From positions 780,001-812,000 of the forward strand of contig NC_009033.1 of assembly GCF_000015945.1 (NCBI RefSeq): DNA of 32,000 nt, in the 5' to 3' direction. This stretch comes from Staphylothermus marinus F1. GTDB lineage: Archaea; Thermoproteota; Thermoprotei_A; Sulfolobales; Desulfurococcaceae. Below are positions 16,181 to 28,224 of the stretch, in pieces. Position 1 is the stretch's first letter. Every line of letters begins with the position of its first letter. A model generated the notes under the pieces. It made no database searches. It worked only from the letters and a program-made list of their open reading frames with translations, and had not been told where the DNA came from. The position numbers were made by a program, and so were the translations under genes.

Positions 16181-17107
16181 ATGGCCTGCAGAGTGTTCGA
16201 AGAAATAAATATTGATGGTAAACAATTAGTTATAAGAGAACCTTGCAGTATTCGTGATTATAGAGAGTTAATGGATGTTCAAATAAAAATATGGGGTATG
16301 CCGGGTTATATCGAAGCAGTTACTTATCACATGCTTATATCAGGGCATAGAAATGGCGGAATACTAATTGGTGTTTTTGATAAGAAAACTGGTGAAGCTG
16401 TAGGGCTCACGTTTGGAATCCCCGGTTTTAGAAATGGACAATTATATGTATATAGTCATTTATTCGGTTTCATACCTGAGCTACGAAATAAAGGATTAGG
16501 AACAATATTGAAAAAGTATCAGCGAATACTGGCTCTAGAGAAAGGATATGTATTGTTTCGCTGGACATATGATCCTCTTCAAAGCGCTAATGCTTACTTT
16601 AACATAGTTAAGCATGGAGTAATAGTTAGAAAGTTTACTCCTAACTATTATGGTTATCTTGAAGACAGTATAAATCGTGGTATGCCAAGTGATAGATTCG
16701 AAGCAGAATGGTGGATCAAGTCTCGGAGAACAATGATGGTATTAGAGGATAAAGTTCCTAAGGCTTCCCTACAGGATATTTTAAATCTAGGCGGCGAATA
16801 CGCTACTAAAACAAGTATTAAGAACAATATAGTTCTACTAGAAAATATAGATTTAGATTCTAGATCTGACATTGTTATCGTAGAGATCCCATACAATATT
16901 GCCAAGTTAAGAAGGATTAGTCGAGATATCCTCATGAATTGGAGGCTGAAACTACGTGAACTATTCAACCACTACATAAATGTTAAGGGTTATATTGTTA
17001 TATGGATGCTTGTTGAGAAAATTAATGGTCTAAATAGGAGCTTTTATGTATTATGGCGTAGAAGTCTTGATCGGGTCTTGGCAGGAGATTTCCCTTGGAG
17101 CTCGTAA
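16181..17107 (+). CDS. GNAT-like acyl-CoA N-acyltransferase (COG3375-like; unverified)
   Basis: R-N-K-G-L-G matches the GNAT motif-A (Q/R)xxGx(G/A) acyl-CoA loop. WTYDPLQSANAYFN block. Overlaps the downstream enolase-superfamily gene by 13 nt. Confidence 0.5.
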   Translation: MACRVFEEINIDGKQLVIREPCSIRDYRELMDVQIKIWGMPGYIEAVTYHMLISGHRNGGILIGVFDKKTGEAVGLTFGIPGFRNGQLYVYSHLFGFIPELRNKGLGTILKKYQRILALEKGYVLFRWTYDPLQSANAYFNIVKHGVIVRKFTPNYYGYLEDSINRGMPSDRFEAEWWIKSRRTMMVLEDKVPKASLQDILNLGGEYATKTSIKNNIVLLENIDLDSRSDIVIVEIPYNIAKLRRISRDILMNWRLKLRELFNHYINVKGYIVIWMLVEKINGLNRSFYVLWRRSLDRVLAGDFPWSS

Positions 17108-18210
17108 AACTAGAGATAATTCATTACCGTGCAACGATGAAAGAGGTATTTGAAACTAGTTTCGGCAAAACAAGGATCAGAGACACAATACTGATCCATG
17201 TAATTGATTATTCCGGAGAAGAAGGGTGGGGCGAAGCACCAGTTGATATTGGTCCTTGGTACAGTTATGAAACTGTCTACACAGCTATACATATAATCAA
17301 AGATTACATTGCATCTATCCTGGCAAAACATAGAGTCATACGTGATCCGTGGCAGTATTATGGATTAGTAAAAATAGTTAGAGGACACAACATGGCTAAA
17401 GCAGGAGTAGAGTTTGCATTGTGGGATCTATATTCTAAGCTTCAAAACAAACCTTTATACAAGATAGTTGGCGGTGTTAAAAATAAAGTTGAGGCCGGTC
17501 TGAGTATAGGTATAATAGGTGATTTAGACAAATTAATCCGCTATATTGATAAAGGATTGGAAAAAGGGTATAGGAGAATAAAAATAAAGATCAAGCCTGG
17601 ATGGGATGTAGATCCTGTAAAGAGAATTCGGGAAATCTATGGGGATATTCCTCTCCAAGTAGATGCTAACGCCGCTTATACTCTCGATGATGCCTATATT
17701 TTTAGAGAATTAGATAAATATGGTTTATTAATGATCGAACAACCATTACACTATGATGATCTATATGAACACTCTATTTTACAAAGAGAAATAAAAACGC
17801 CAATATGCTTAGATGAAAGCATTAAGAATGTTCACGATGCAAAAGCTGGTTATGCACTAGGTAGTTATAAGATATTAAATATTAAACCTGCTAGAGTGGG
17901 TGGCCTAGTTGAAACCTTGAGAATTCATGAATTCGCTAAAAAACATAATATTCCTTTATGGATCGGGGGATTACTAGAAACAGGAATAGGAAGAGCATTC
18001 CAAATAGCTGCAGCAACATTACCTATGATCAAGTATCCTTCAGACATATCTGAATCAACACGTTTCTACGAAGAAGAAATAGTTGAGCCCCCTTGGACAC
18101 TAAATAAGGATGGAACATACAATGTACCTGACAAGGCGGGAATAGGAGTAGATGTGTTATACGAAAAAATAATGAAACATACAGTAAAAACAATCAATAT
18201 AAAGCTATAA
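17095..18210 (+). CDS. enolase-superfamily enzyme, o-succinylbenzoate synthase / N-acyl(succinyl)amino acid racemase (MenC-type) family
   Basis: KIKIKPGWD (KxK catalytic pair), QVDANAAY, IEQPL, LDES metal ligands, and the second catalytic Lys in LNIKPARVGG. TTG start. Confidence 0.85.
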   Translation: MELVKLEIIHYRATMKEVFETSFGKTRIRDTILIHVIDYSGEEGWGEAPVDIGPWYSYETVYTAIHIIKDYIASILAKHRVIRDPWQYYGLVKIVRGHNMAKAGVEFALWDLYSKLQNKPLYKIVGGVKNKVEAGLSIGIIGDLDKLIRYIDKGLEKGYRRIKIKIKPGWDVDPVKRIREIYGDIPLQVDANAAYTLDDAYIFRELDKYGLLMIEQPLHYDDLYEHSILQREIKTPICLDESIKNVHDAKAGYALGSYKILNIKPARVGGLVETLRIHEFAKKHNIPLWIGGLLETGIGRAFQIAAATLPMIKYPSDISESTRFYEEEIVEPPWTLNKDGTYNVPDKAGIGVDVLYEKIMKHTVKTINIKL

Positions 18211-18270
18211 TTAATAGTTTATTGAAAAACTTATAAGCATTGTAAAAAATCAGAAATATCAGGGTTTTAT

Positions 18271-18347
<77 letters not shown>

Positions 18348-18509
18348 TATTACTACGGTTACATTTGATTAGTATTTATAAGATTTATAAGGTAAGTAAA
18401 ATTTTAGTATATCATATAAAAATATTAATTATTTGGTGAGCGGCTAGCTGTTGACCTATACATTTAAGACGATAGGTTTAAGACTCCCATTTCTAATTGA
18501 CATGTTAGG

Positions 18510-18535
18510 ATATATATTGCCATACTGGAGTATGG
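18510..18535 (+). promoter_or_regulatory. candidate rpoH-operon promoter: TATA-like ATATATAT followed immediately by a 7-bp-arm palindrome
   Basis: ATATATATT at 18510-18518. CCATACT-GG-AGTATGG at 18520-18535, ~30 nt upstream of the rpoH ATG (18567). Other TATA-like tracts further upstream make the assignment ambiguous. Confidence 0.3.
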
Positions 18536-18566
18536 ATAGCAAAGATGCTTACGGGTTGAGATAAAT

Positions 18567-18842
18567 ATGTCTCGAAAAAAACCCAATATTTTAGAACACG
18601 AACTTGTTCCTAAACATGAAGTATTATCTGTTCGAGAAGCTGCTGAGCTTCTGAGAAAACTTAAAATAAAACCTGCCCAACTCCCCTGGATCAGTATTGA
18701 TGACCCTGTTGTAAAAGCTATTAAAGCAAAGCCGGGGGACATAATCCGTATAATTAGGAAGAGCCCAACAGCTGGAGAAGCAATTGCTTATAGATATGTT
18801 GTTGTAGATACACTTAGACCTAGAAAGAAGGAGAAGGTGTGA
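18567..18842 (+). CDS. rpoH: DNA-directed RNA polymerase subunit H (Rpo5)
   Basis: [15 protein letters not shown]...KIK..QLP.I...DPV and the position immediately upstream of rpoB. Confidence 0.9.
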   Translation: MSRKKPNILEHELVPKHEVLSVREAAELLRKLKIKPAQLPWISIDDPVVKAIKAKPGDIIRIIRKSPTAGEAIAYRYVVVDTLRPRKKEKV

Positions 18843-18849
18843 TCAAGCC

Positions 18850-21800
18850 TTGTCTAGCTCTAATAAGTTCCCAACCCCAGATGATTTATGGACTGTAATG
18901 AAGAGCTTCTTTGAAGAATTTGGACTTGTTAGACAACATCTAGACAGCTATAATAGATTTATAGATCATTTATTGCCGGAAATAATAAGTGAACACAAAG
19001 AAATAACAATATCGGGCAATAGGAAATTATTGATTAAAGGATACCGTATAGGCAGCGAGCCCAAGATTAGAACCATTGAGGGATTTGAAAGAACAGTTAC
19101 ACCTCTAGAATGTAGATTGAGGAACTTTACATACGCTGTACCTATCTATTTAAAAGTTGCATTACAAGATGAAACCGGTATTTATAAAGAACAAGAAATT
19201 AAATTAATGGATCTCCCGGTTATGTTAAAATCCAAAATTGATCCATTAAGTAAAATGACCGCTGAGGAACTAGTTGCTATAGGTGAGGATCCCAAAGATC
19301 CCGGTGGTTACTTTATTATTAATGGTAGTGAAAAAGTACTTGTTGCACAAGAGGATCTAGCCAGTAACAATATACTAGTTGATTATGCAAGTGAAGGGTC
19401 TTCAGCAACTCATATCGCCAAAGTTATAAGTGTAGCTAAAGGTAGGAGGAGCCAATTAGTTATTGAACGAAGAAAAGACGGTATTTTCTATGCAAATCTC
19501 CACGGCCACCGTATTCCCGTTGTTATATTAATGACTGCTCTAGGCTTAGCATCTGAACTCGAGATAACTTATGCTGTCAGCTTAGACCCTGATCTACAAA
19601 CCTATTTATTACCCTCAATTATGCAGGCTCAATCAGTATTTCCAAGACTAGAAATACCAGAAAACGCTTCTCCCGAGGAACAAAAAAGAATCGAGGAAGA
19701 ACATAGGAGGAAAACAATAGAGACAGCACTAGACTATATTGGTGCTAGAATAGCTATTGGTAGGCCTAGAGAAGAACGTATAAGAAGAGCGCAAAGAGCA
19801 CTAGATGAATACTTACTACCACATATAGGCACCGAGCCAACCCCTGAGGTTAGACGTAAGAAAGCATATTTTATAGGGCAAATGGTGAATAAACTAATAG
19901 AACTCATTGTTGATCGTAGAAAACCCGATGACAAAGATCATTATCGTAATAAGAGACTTAAACTAGCCGGCGACCTCCTAGCCCAGCTTGTAAGACACAA
20001 TCTAGTAACGTACTTTATAAGAGAAGTCAAGAGCAGTATTGAGAGAAGCTATAGTAAATATGGAAGACTAGATCTTAAACTGGTTATCAAACCTGGAATG
20101 TTAACAGATAGAATACTACATGCAATGGCTACAGGAAACTGGCCCGGCGGAAAAACAGGTGTAAGCCAGTTATTGGATAGAACAAACCTAATGAGCACTC
20201 TGAGCCATCTTAGAAGAGTAGTATCTCCACTAAAACGTACCCAACCACATTTTGAAGCAAGAGAGCTTCATCCAACACAATGGGGTAGAATGTGCCCATT
20301 CGAAACACCTGAAGGAGCAAATATTGGTCTTGTAAAGAACTTAGCATTAATGGCTCATGTCAGTGTAGGTGTGCCGGAGGAGCATATAGAGCCTATACTA
20401 TATAGAAAACTTGGAGTAAAGAATTTAGATGAAATTATTGAGGAAATCAAAAAAGCGATCACAGGTGAGGTGGAAGAATATCCTGATTATACTTCTTGGA
20501 GCCGTGTATATTTAAATGGTAGATTAATTGGATATCATCCTGATGGTAAAAAACTTGCACAGGAGATCAGGAACCTGAGAAGACGGGGAAAGATAAGTGT
20601 AGAAGTAAATGTCGCGCATATACGGGATGAGCACTTAAATGAAGTATATATAAACACAGATGCAGGTAGAATAAGGAGGCCTTTATTAGTTGTTGAGAAC
20701 GGCAAACTTAAGCTGAAACCAGAACATATTGCAAAGCTCAAGTCTGGCGAGTGGAAGTTCAGCGATCTTGTGAAGAGAGGAATTATTGAATACCTAGATG
20801 CAGACGAGGAAGAAGAAGCATATATTGCATTAACCCCTGACCAAATCACGCCAGAACATACACATATGGAGATATGGACACCTGCAATAATGGGTATAAC
20901 AGCCTCAATAATCCCCTACGCTGAACATAATCAGAGCCCGAGAAATTCTTATGAAGCAGCAATGGCGAAGCAAAGCTTAGGACTTTACTCTGCTAATTTC
21001 CAGCAGAGAATGGATACACGGGGTCATCTACTACATTATCCACAAAAACCATTAGTGCAGACAAGAGCTATGGAAGTAAATGGTTACAATGAGAGACCTG
21101 CTGGACAAAACATGGTTGTAGCAGTAATGAGCTTCACTGGATACAATATAGAAGACGCATTGATCATGAATAAGAGCAGTGTAGATCGAGGATTAGCTAG
21201 AAGCACTTTCTTCAGGCTCTACACAACAGTTGAATATAGGTATCCTGGCGGACAAGAAGATAGAATCATGATTCCTCCAAGCAATGTCCGAGGTTATCGT
21301 GGACCAAAAGCATATGAGAAACTCGACGAGGATGGAATAGTTTCGCCTGAAACACCTGTTAAAGGAGGAGATGTACTAATAGGAAAAATAAGCCCGCCAA
21401 GATTCATGACGGCCCAAGAATACACTGTAGGGGCAGGAATAACTCGTCAAGATGCAAGTGTAGTAACTAGACATGGAGAAAAAGGTATTGTAGACGTGGT
21501 AATGGTTACTACAGATATTGATGGAAACAGACTAGTGAAGGTACGTGTAAGAGATCTTAGAATACCCGAGTTAGGAGATAAGTTCGCTTCAAGACATGGA
21601 CAAAAAGGTGTAATAGGCTTACTGGTTCCACAACAAGATATGCCGTTTACAGAGGAGGGAATAGTTCCTGATCTAATAATTAATCCACACGCATTTCCAT
21701 CAAGAATGACTGTTGGACAATTAATTGAAAGCATAGCTGGTAAAGCAGCTGCGCTTGAGGGAAGATTTGTTGATGCAACACCATTCCATAAAGAACCAAT

Positions 21801-22320
21801 AGATAACTTAATGATCACATTGAAGAGACATGGGTACCCAATGAGTGGATACGAGACAATGTACGATGGTAGAACAGGTGAAATCCTCAAGACACCAATA
21901 TTCATAGGAATAGTGTATTATCAGAAACTACACCATATGGTAGCCGACAAAATACATGCACGTGCTCGCGGACCAGTACAGATACTAACTAGACAACCAA
22001 CTGAGGGAAGAGCTAAGGAGGGAGGTCTCAGGTTCGGTGAGATGGAAGTTGACTGCCTAGTAGGTCATGGAGCATCATTGTTATTGAAAGAACAAATGCT
22101 GGATAAAAGTGATAAAACAACTATATACGTATGTGAATTATGTGGGCACATAGGATACTATGATCGTATACGTGGAAAATACATGTGCCCCATACATAAA
22201 GATAAAGGTAAACTTAAACCTGTAGAGGTATCCTATGCATTCAAACTCTTAGTCCAAGAATTAATGAGTATGTGCATAATGCCACGTTTGAAACTAGAAG
22301 ATATACACAAGAAGATCTAG
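18850..22320 (+). CDS. rpoB: DNA-directed RNA polymerase subunit B (unsplit, Rpo2)
   Basis: 1156 aa with the full set of conserved beta/Rpb2 blocks ([44 protein letters not shown]-terminal Zn ribbon CELCG...CPIH). TTG start with an AGGTGTGATC SD. Confidence 0.95.
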   Translation: MSSSNKFPTPDDLWTVMKSFFEEFGLVRQHLDSYNRFIDHLLPEIISEHKEITISGNRKLLIKGYRIGSEPKIRTIEGFERTVTPLECRLRNFTYAVPIYLKVALQDETGIYKEQEIKLMDLPVMLKSKIDPLSKMTAEELVAIGEDPKDPGGYFIINGSEKVLVAQEDLASNNILVDYASEGSSATHIAKVISVAKGRRSQLVIERRKDGIFYANLHGHRIPVVILMTALGLASELEITYAVSLDPDLQTYLLPSIMQAQSVFPRLEIPENASPEEQKRIEEEHRRKTIETALDYIGARIAIGRPREERIRRAQRALDEYLLPHIGTEPTPEVRRKKAYFIGQMVNKLIELIVDRRKPDDKDHYRNKRLKLAGDLLAQLVRHNLVTYFIREVKSSIERSYSKYGRLDLKLVIKPGMLTDRILHAMATGNWPGGKTGVSQLLDRTNLMSTLSHLRRVVSPLKRTQPHFEARELHPTQWGRMCPFETPEGANIGLVKNLALMAHVSVGVPEEHIEPILYRKLGVKNLDEIIEEIKKAITGEVEEYPDYTSWSRVYLNGRLIGYHPDGKKLAQEIRNLRRRGKISVEVNVAHIRDEHLNEVYINTDAGRIRRPLLVVENGKLKLKPEHIAKLKSGEWKFSDLVKRGIIEYLDADEEEEAYIALTPDQITPEHTHMEIWTPAIMGITASIIPYAEHNQSPRNSYEAAMAKQSLGLYSANFQQRMDTRGHLLHYPQKPLVQTRAMEVNGYNERPAGQNMVVAVMSFTGYNIEDALIMNKSSVDRGLARSTFFRLYTTVEYRYPGGQEDRIMIPPSNVRGYRGPKAYEKLDEDGIVSPETPVKGGDVLIGKISPPRFMTAQEYTVGAGITRQDASVVTRHGEKGIVDVVMVTTDIDGNRLVKVRVRDLRIPELGDKFASRHGQKGVIGLLVPQQDMPFTEEGIVPDLIINPHAFPSRMTVGQLIESIAGKAAALEGRFVDATPFHKEPIDNLMITLKRHGYPMSGYETMYDGRTGEILKTPIFIGIVYYQKLHHMVADKIHARARGPVQILTRQPTEGRAKEGGLRFGEMEVDCLVGHGASLLLKEQMLDKSDKTTIYVCELCGHIGYYDRIRGKYMCPIHKDKGKLKPVEVSYAFKLLVQELMSMCIMPRLKLEDIHKKI

Positions 22321-22333
22321 AGGTGATTACTTA

Positions 22334-24994
22334 GTGAAAACCCCTGTTCCAACCCGTATTTCAGCAATTAAATTCGGAATTTTATCGCCTGAAGAAATAA
22401 GGAAAATGAGCGTTACAACAATTATTACAAGTGAAGTATACGATAATGATGGAGCACCTATTGATGGAGGAGTAATGGATAGAAGACTAGGAGCAATAGA
22501 GCCTCGAGAAGTCTGTCCCGTATGTGGAAATACCCGTGAAAGCTGTCCAGGACATTTCGGACACATAGAATTGGCTAGACCAGTTATTCATGTAAGCTTT
22601 GTCAAACATATCCATATGTATCTAAAAACAACTTGTAGAGTATGTGGAAGAATAAAGATCAAAGAAGATGAGAGGAAAAGATACTTAGAACTATTAAATT
22701 CGCTTAAAGAACTCGGATTAGAATATCTTGTTAAAAGGTTACATGAATATATACGGAGAAAAGCAGCAGCAACTCAGAGATGCCCTCATTGTGGAGCTAA
22801 ACAATATAGAATTAGACTTGAGAAACCACATAGCTTCTATGAGGATCGTGGCGAGGAGGGATATGTAAAGCTAAATCCCATAGAAGTACGTGCTAGATTG
22901 GAGAAGATACTTGATGAAGATGTTAGATTACTAGGTGGAGACCCAATAGATGCCCGTCCTGAATGGATGGTATTAACAGTTTTACCTGTTCCACCACGCA
23001 GTGTTAGGCCATCAATACTTTTAGAGACAGGTATTAGGAGTGAGGATGATTTAACACATAAGCTAGTGGATATTATTCGTATAAATAATAGATTAAGAGA
23101 ACACATAGAGTCTGGCGCACCAAACGCTATTATAGAGGATGAATGGGAGCTCCTACAATATCATGTAACAACATATTTTGATAATGAAGCACCAGGAATA
23201 CCTGTTGCAAGGCATCGTAGCGGCAAAGTATTGAAGGGTCTTGCACAGAGACTTAAAGGTAAGGAAGGAAGGTTCCGTGGAAATCTAAGGGGTAAACGTG
23301 TTGATTTCTCAGCTCGTACAGTGATTAGTCCAGATCCTAACATAAGCATTAATGAAGTAGGTGTGCCTGAAGTTGTTGCTAAAATACTAACAGTTCCTGA
23401 AAGAGTGACTCCATGGAATATTGAAGAGATGAGAAGACTAGTTCTTAATGGACCAGATAAGTGGCCTGGAGCAAACTATGTTATTAGACCAGATGGTAGA
23501 AGGATAAGTTTGAAATATGTTGATCGAAAAGCAATGGCTGAAACCCTGGCTCCAGGCTTTATTGTGGAGAGACATCTTAGAGACGGAGACATAGTATTAT
23601 TTAATCGACAACCATCGCTACACAGAATCTCAATTATGGCTCACGTAGTAAGAGTTCTACCATATAAGACTTTTAGATTAAACCTACTTGTTTGTCCACC
23701 ATATAACGCCGACTTTGACGGAGACGAAATGAACCTCCATGTCCCACAAAGTGAGGAAGCACGTGCTGAAGCCAGAATGCTGATGCTTGTCGAAAAACAT
23801 ATTTTAACACCACGCTATGGAGGACCAATTATTGGTGGTTTACAAGACTATATTAGCGGAGCATTCTTGTTAACAAGTAAATCAACCCTTCTAACACGTG
23901 AAGATGTAATAGAGCTTCTAGGAGTAGCTGGTTATCGCGGAAAATTACCGGAGCCAGCAATACTCAAGCCAAAACAGTATTGGACAGGTAAACAGTTAAT
24001 CAGCTTATTCCTCCCAGATGATTTCAACTATAAAAGACCAGCAAAAATGGCTGGTGCAACAGCATTGAGATGTATAGATGAAGATTGCCCACATGACAGT
24101 ATTGTTATCGTTAAGAACGGAGTTCTTCTAGAGGGTGTATTAGATAAAGCAAGTATTGGACGCGAAGAACCAGAGAGCCTAATACACTGGCTAGTCAAAG
24201 AATACGGAGAAGATATTGCTAGATTATTCATGGACTACGTGTATAAAATGTTTCTAAGATTCGCGGAGAAATACGGATTCACAATGGGATACTCGCACCT
24301 ACTACTCCCACCCGAAGCTAAGAAGAGAGTGCTAGAAATTATTGAAGAAAAGAAGAAAGAAGTATATGAGTTAATCGAGAAATATCATCGAGGAGAACTT
24401 GAGCCTAGGCCTGGTAGAACAATTGAGGAGACACTTGAAGATGAAATAATAGATCTGCTATCTAAGAAATTATTGGATGATGTAGCAGACACTATAATAC
24501 CATATTTCAAATTGTCAAACCCTGTAATAATAATGGCTCGTACAGGAGCACGAGGAAACCCGATAAACCTTACTCAGATGGCTGCATTATTAGGACAACA
24601 AACAATTCGTGGTAGAAGAATAACTAGAGGATACATGCACCGTACACTACCTCATTTCAAACCAGGAGATCTAGGTCCGGAAGCAAGAGGATTCGTAGCA
24701 CATGGCTTTGTTGATGGATTAAACCCGATAGAAGTATTCTTCCACGCAGCAGCTGGCCGTGAAGGATTAACCGATACCGCTGTCCGTACAAGTCAGAGCG
24801 GCTACATGCAGAGAAGACTCATAAATGCACTACAGGATTTAAGAGTAGAATATGATGGAACAGTGAGATTGCCTACCGGAGAAATAGTGCAATTTGCTTA
24901 TGGAGAAGACGGCGTAGATCCTATGAAGAGTGATCATGGAGAAGCTGTGAAAATTGATCGTGTAATAGAAAAAGTTATAGGGTGGAGAATATGA
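22334..24994 (+). CDS. rpoA1: DNA-directed RNA polymerase subunit A' (Rpo1N)
   Basis: Zn motifs CPVCG...CPGHFGH, catalytic [20 protein letters not shown] start with AGGTGAT 6 nt upstream. Confidence 0.95.
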   Translation: MKTPVPTRISAIKFGILSPEEIRKMSVTTIITSEVYDNDGAPIDGGVMDRRLGAIEPREVCPVCGNTRESCPGHFGHIELARPVIHVSFVKHIHMYLKTTCRVCGRIKIKEDERKRYLELLNSLKELGLEYLVKRLHEYIRRKAAATQRCPHCGAKQYRIRLEKPHSFYEDRGEEGYVKLNPIEVRARLEKILDEDVRLLGGDPIDARPEWMVLTVLPVPPRSVRPSILLETGIRSEDDLTHKLVDIIRINNRLREHIESGAPNAIIEDEWELLQYHVTTYFDNEAPGIPVARHRSGKVLKGLAQRLKGKEGRFRGNLRGKRVDFSARTVISPDPNISINEVGVPEVVAKILTVPERVTPWNIEEMRRLVLNGPDKWPGANYVIRPDGRRISLKYVDRKAMAETLAPGFIVERHLRDGDIVLFNRQPSLHRISIMAHVVRVLPYKTFRLNLLVCPPYNADFDGDEMNLHVPQSEEARAEARMLMLVEKHILTPRYGGPIIGGLQDYISGAFLLTSKSTLLTREDVIELLGVAGYRGKLPEPAILKPKQYWTGKQLISLFLPDDFNYKRPAKMAGATALRCIDEDCPHDSIVIVKNGVLLEGVLDKASIGREEPESLIHWLVKEYGEDIARLFMDYVYKMFLRFAEKYGFTMGYSHLLLPPEAKKRVLEIIEEKKKEVYELIEKYHRGELEPRPGRTIEETLEDEIIDLLSKKLLDDVADTIIPYFKLSNPVIIMARTGARGNPINLTQMAALLGQQTIRGRRITRGYMHRTLPHFKPGDLGPEARGFVAHGFVDGLNPIEVFFHAAAGREGLTDTAVRTSQSGYMQRRLINALQDLRVEYDGTVRLPTGEIVQFAYGEDGVDPMKSDHGEAVKIDRVIEKVIGWRI

Positions 24995-26256
24995 GGAGAA
25001 AAATAAGATCAATTAAACAATTAGAATCCTTGCTTGAAAACGAACTCAAAGGAAAGGTAAGCAATAAAGTATATGAAGAACTCCGAGAAAAACTCAAGGA
25101 AGCATATAAAGAGCATGGATTATACATTGAAGAAGTAAAAGCAATAATTAAAGAAACTATAGACAGGTATATGAGGAGCCAAGCAGAACCAGGGGAACCC
25201 GTGGGAACAGTTGCTGCACAAAGTATAGGAGAACCATCAACACAGATGACTCTAAGAACATTCCACTATGCTGGAGTACGTGAATTCAACGTAACATTGG
25301 GTTTGCCGAGACTTATAGAAATAGTTGATGCTAGGAAAAAACCTGGAACACCAATTATGGAGATACCATTAGATGAAGAGCACAAATATGATGAAGAAAA
25401 AGCTAAAAAAGTTGCTAGAATGATTGAGAGCACAACAATTGAAAACATTTCTAAAGAAATCAATGTTGATCCGTACGAAGGTGCAACAATTGTTCTCGAC
25501 TCTGAAATGCTTAGTGATAAGGGGATAAGTGTTGATGAAGTCGTTAAAGTTCTAGAAAAATTAAAACTTGGAAAAGTATATGTTGATCCAGAAGATCCCT
25601 ACGTAATCCATATAGCTCTTAGATCGGAAAAGATTGATTATACAAAAGTTGAAAAGATCCGCACTAAAATAGCAAATACAAAGATCAAGGGAATTAAGGG
25701 TATTACAAAAGTCATTATCCAGAAGAGAGGAGACGAATATATATTGGTTGCTGAGGGAAGCAATTTAGCGGAAGTAATGAAAGTGCCTGGAGTGGATTAT
25801 CGCAAAGTATATACTAACAACATCGCTGAAATAGAGGAGATCCTAGGAATAGAGGCTGCAAGAGCCGCTATAATACGTGAAACAAAGAATGTACTTGAAG
25901 ATCAAGGTTTAGATGTTGATATAAGACACTTGATATTGTTAGCAGACATGATGACATGGACAGGTAAAATTAGACAAGTTGGTAGAATGGGTATTGCAGG
26001 GGAGAAGCCAAGCGTGCTTGCTAGAGCTACTTTTGAAATGACTGTTCAAAAACTAGTCGAAGCAGCTGTTGAAGGAGAAGTAGATATGCTTAAAGGCGTG
26101 CCTGAAAACGTAATAATTGGGCAACCAGTACCCGTGGGTACGGGTATTGTTGAAATATTTATGATGCCCCATAAAGTTAAAGAAGAGGTAGAAGAATTAG
26201 AGGATGAAAGTATAGAAGCAATGATTATTAATAAAAACAATGAGGAGAAAAGGTGA
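24991..26256 (+). CDS. rpoA2: DNA-directed RNA polymerase subunit A'' (Rpo1C)
   Basis: [28 protein letters not shown] trigger-loop block. Start taken as ATG 24991, which overlaps the A' stop (ATGA) and has GGTGG upstream. The ORF-track GTG 24982 is an alternative. Confidence 0.95.
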   Translation: MRRKIRSIKQLESLLENELKGKVSNKVYEELREKLKEAYKEHGLYIEEVKAIIKETIDRYMRSQAEPGEPVGTVAAQSIGEPSTQMTLRTFHYAGVREFNVTLGLPRLIEIVDARKKPGTPIMEIPLDEEHKYDEEKAKKVARMIESTTIENISKEINVDPYEGATIVLDSEMLSDKGISVDEVVKVLEKLKLGKVYVDPEDPYVIHIALRSEKIDYTKVEKIRTKIANTKIKGIKGITKVIIQKRGDEYILVAEGSNLAEVMKVPGVDYRKVYTNNIAEIEEILGIEAARAAIIRETKNVLEDQGLDVDIRHLILLADMMTWTGKIRQVGRMGIAGEKPSVLARATFEMTVQKLVEAAVEGEVDMLKGVPENVIIGQPVPVGTGIVEIFMMPHKVKEEVEELEDESIEAMIINKNNEEKR

Positions 26257-26263
26257 TTATTGA

Positions 26264-26587
26264 ATGCCTTCATCTTCAATAGATTTCATAAGAGCACTCC
26301 AAATGGCTATTAAGACTGGAGAAGTAATATTGGGAAGTAAAAGAACAATAAAATTAGTACTTCACGGAAAAGCTAAACTAGTTGTTGTCGCAGCAAATGC
26401 TCCTCCAGAAATTAAAAGAGACATTGAATACTATGCTAAATTATCAAACATACCCGTTTATAGGTTTCCTGGAACAAATATGGAACTTGGAACTCTTGCA
26501 GGTAAACCCTTCGGCGTATCCGCTATGGCTATAGTTGATCCTGGACAATCAAATATTTTAGAAATAGTGGAGGAGGAGAGTGAGTGA
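26264..26587 (+). CDS. rpl30e: 50S ribosomal protein L30e (eL30)
   Basis: [16 protein letters not shown]...[14 protein letters not shown]...IPVY.F.GTN.ELG...GKPF.VS..AI.D.G. Conserved position after rpoA2. Confidence 0.9.
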   Translation: MPSSSIDFIRALQMAIKTGEVILGSKRTIKLVLHGKAKLVVVAANAPPEIKRDIEYYAKLSNIPVYRFPGTNMELGTLAGKPFGVSAMAIVDPGQSNILEIVEEESE

Positions 26588-27036
26588 GTAAGAAGAATGA
26601 CCGGCCACAAATAAAGCTTACACCAGAAGAATTCAGATATATGGCATTACTCCATGAGCTAACAGGAGTACATGTTAGAGACTGCATTATAGACGATGAA
26701 AATAACCGAATAATATTCCTAGTTAATCCTGACGAAGTAGGAAAAGCTGTTGGTCCACGAGGACTATATGTTCAAAAACTTAGAAAACTTCTCGGCAAAA
26801 ATATAGAGATCGTAGGGTATAGTGATGATCTAGAAGAGCAGGTAAGATACGCATTAGCACCAGCTAGGATAAGAGAAGTAAGAATAACTAATAGACCAGG
26901 CGGTAAAAAAGTAGTTTATGTAAGTGTCGAACCAAACGATAAAGGTATGGCTATAGGTAGAGGCGGTAAAAACGTTGCAAGAGCAAAAATAATACTTAAA
27001 CGTTACTATGGAATAGATTTCGTAATAATCGCTTGA
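26584..27036 (+). CDS. nusA: archaeal NusA-like transcription termination/antitermination protein (two KH domains)
   Basis: KH GxxG motifs (GPRGLYV, GRGGKNV). ~150 aa. GTG start overlaps the L30e stop (GTGA) with a GGAGGAGG SD. Conserved operon position. Confidence 0.85.
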   Translation: MSKKNDRPQIKLTPEEFRYMALLHELTGVHVRDCIIDDENNRIIFLVNPDEVGKAVGPRGLYVQKLRKLLGKNIEIVGYSDDLEEQVRYALAPARIREVRITNRPGGKKVVYVSVEPNDKGMAIGRGGKNVARAKIILKRYYGIDFVIIA

Positions 27037-27115
27037 AGCTAGAAGAGTAATTTTTAAAAAGAGCATATAGAGAATTCGATACTAGGCTTGAGAACAAGGA
27101 ATGAGATGAAAAACA

Positions 27116-27559
27116 ATGGCTGGAAAAAAAGCGCCAAATGGATTATTTGCTGCGAGAAAACTTAGAAGGAAGAGGCTAAAGTTTAGGTGGAGCCAGAGAG
27201 AATTCAAGATCAAAATGCTTGGATTAAAGAAGAAACATGACCCATTAGAAGGAGCTCCAATGGCGCGTGGAATAGTATTAGAAAAAGTTGGAGTAGAAGC
27301 GAGACAGCCTAACTCTGCTGTACGTAAATGTGTTCGTGTTCAATTAGCAAAGAATGGAAAAGTTGTAACAGCATTTGTCCCATTTGATGGTGGTATAAAC
27401 TATATTGATGAACACGATGAAGTAATTATTGAAGGTATTGGAGGACCCCGCGGACGCTCCATGGGTGATATTCCCGGTGTTAGATACAAGGTAATAATGG
27501 TTAATGGTGTATCATTGAAAGCATTATATCTAGGTAAAAAACAGAAACCTGTAAGGTAG
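27116..27559 (+). CDS. rps12: 30S ribosomal protein S12 (uS12)
   Basis: [35 protein letters not shown]. Confidence 0.95.
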   Translation: MAGKKAPNGLFAARKLRRKRLKFRWSQREFKIKMLGLKKKHDPLEGAPMARGIVLEKVGVEARQPNSAVRKCVRVQLAKNGKVVTAFVPFDGGINYIDEHDEVIIEGIGGPRGRSMGDIPGVRYKVIMVNGVSLKALYLGKKQKPVR

Positions 27560-27595
27560 AACAACATTTTATATGGGTCTAAATTTAAAACCTAG

Positions 27596-28120
27596 TTAAA
27601 ATATATCTTCTCGATCTATATCTGTATATTCCTCATCGTCCTCGTATTCTTCATCCTCTATTTCATCACTTGTATCAGTAGAAGCCAAAAGCCTGAATTC
27701 TTCCTGTTGATCTACAAGTTCTTTTTTGACATATATTGGTTTATTAGTTAGTTTTGCAAGAAATATAGCATGGCTAGGAACCATTCTTCTCTTAATAGCC
27801 ATGTTTCCATCTGAGAATTCAGCTATAGCACTGTATACTCCTGTTTTAGGATCTATTTCGTTAATAACAACTCTTCTCAAATGTTTTCCTAGAATATCCA
27901 ATATGTCAGGCATGCTTGATAAAACATCTACTAATCTCTCACGTTCATCATCTATTTCTTCTCCATCAAGTTTTTTCAGGCTTACAACTATATCGAAAGG
28001 AACACGTTCTAATATAAAGAACCTACCATCTTCTAATAAGCACACTATTCTAGGAATAAATAATCTGTCAAACACTATTTCTCCAGATACATCTATAACT
28101 CTTATAAGATCTTCTTCCAA
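27596..28120 (-). CDS. DUF151 / bifunctional-nuclease (BFN) domain-like protein with an acidic C-terminal tail
   Basis: 174 aa. KRRMVPSHAIFLAKLTNKPIYVKKELV resembles the D.RPSDAIALA....PI.V motif of the BFN/DUF151 family. C-terminal DEIEDEEYEDDEEYTDIDREDIF. TTG start preceded by a strong GGAGGAGGT SD 5 nt upstream. The opposite-strand ORF 27726..28142 is low-complexity. Confidence 0.6.
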   Translation of the reverse strand: MEEDLIRVIDVSGEIVFDRLFIPRIVCLLEDGRFFILERVPFDIVVSLKKLDGEEIDDERERLVDVLSSMPDILDILGKHLRRVVINEIDPKTGVYSAIAEFSDGNMAIKRRMVPSHAIFLAKLTNKPIYVKKELVDQQEEFRLLASTDTSDEIEDEEYEDDEEYTDIDREDIF

Positions 28121-28216
28121 ATATTACCTCCTCCACATTTAGATAGGGTGTTAGAGTTTGTAGTCTACAGTATATGAATTGTGGTTTAAACACCTTATTT
28201 AGCTTAACAGCTAAGT

Positions 28217-28224
28217 TTTTTATA
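28217..28224 (+). promoter_or_regulatory. candidate TATA box for rps7/EF-1alpha transcription
   Basis: TTTTTATA lies ~65 nt upstream of the proposed rps7 GTG. The GGTGA SD at 28276-28280 lies within the predicted leader. Confidence 0.35.

Noticed and set aside
18464-18742. 92-aa minus-strand ORF overlapping the rpoH start region
   Set aside because: It is antisense to the well-supported rpoH gene and its promoter, and has no motif.
18850-26256. Possible inteins or large insertions in the RNA polymerase subunits (rpoB 1156 aa; A'' 421 aa with an acidic/Asn-rich C-terminal tail)
   Set aside because: The conserved blocks are contiguous with no intein splice motifs (no C/S...HN-C/S/T boundaries with endonuclease-sized inserts). 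The length differences are small and within normal lineage variation.
27726-28142. 138-aa + strand ORF overlapping the DUF151-like gene
   Set aside because: It is a low-complexity S/L/I-rich sequence with no SD or promoter. The minus-strand ORF has a family-like motif and a strong GGAGGAGGT SD, so the + ORF is taken as the shadow.
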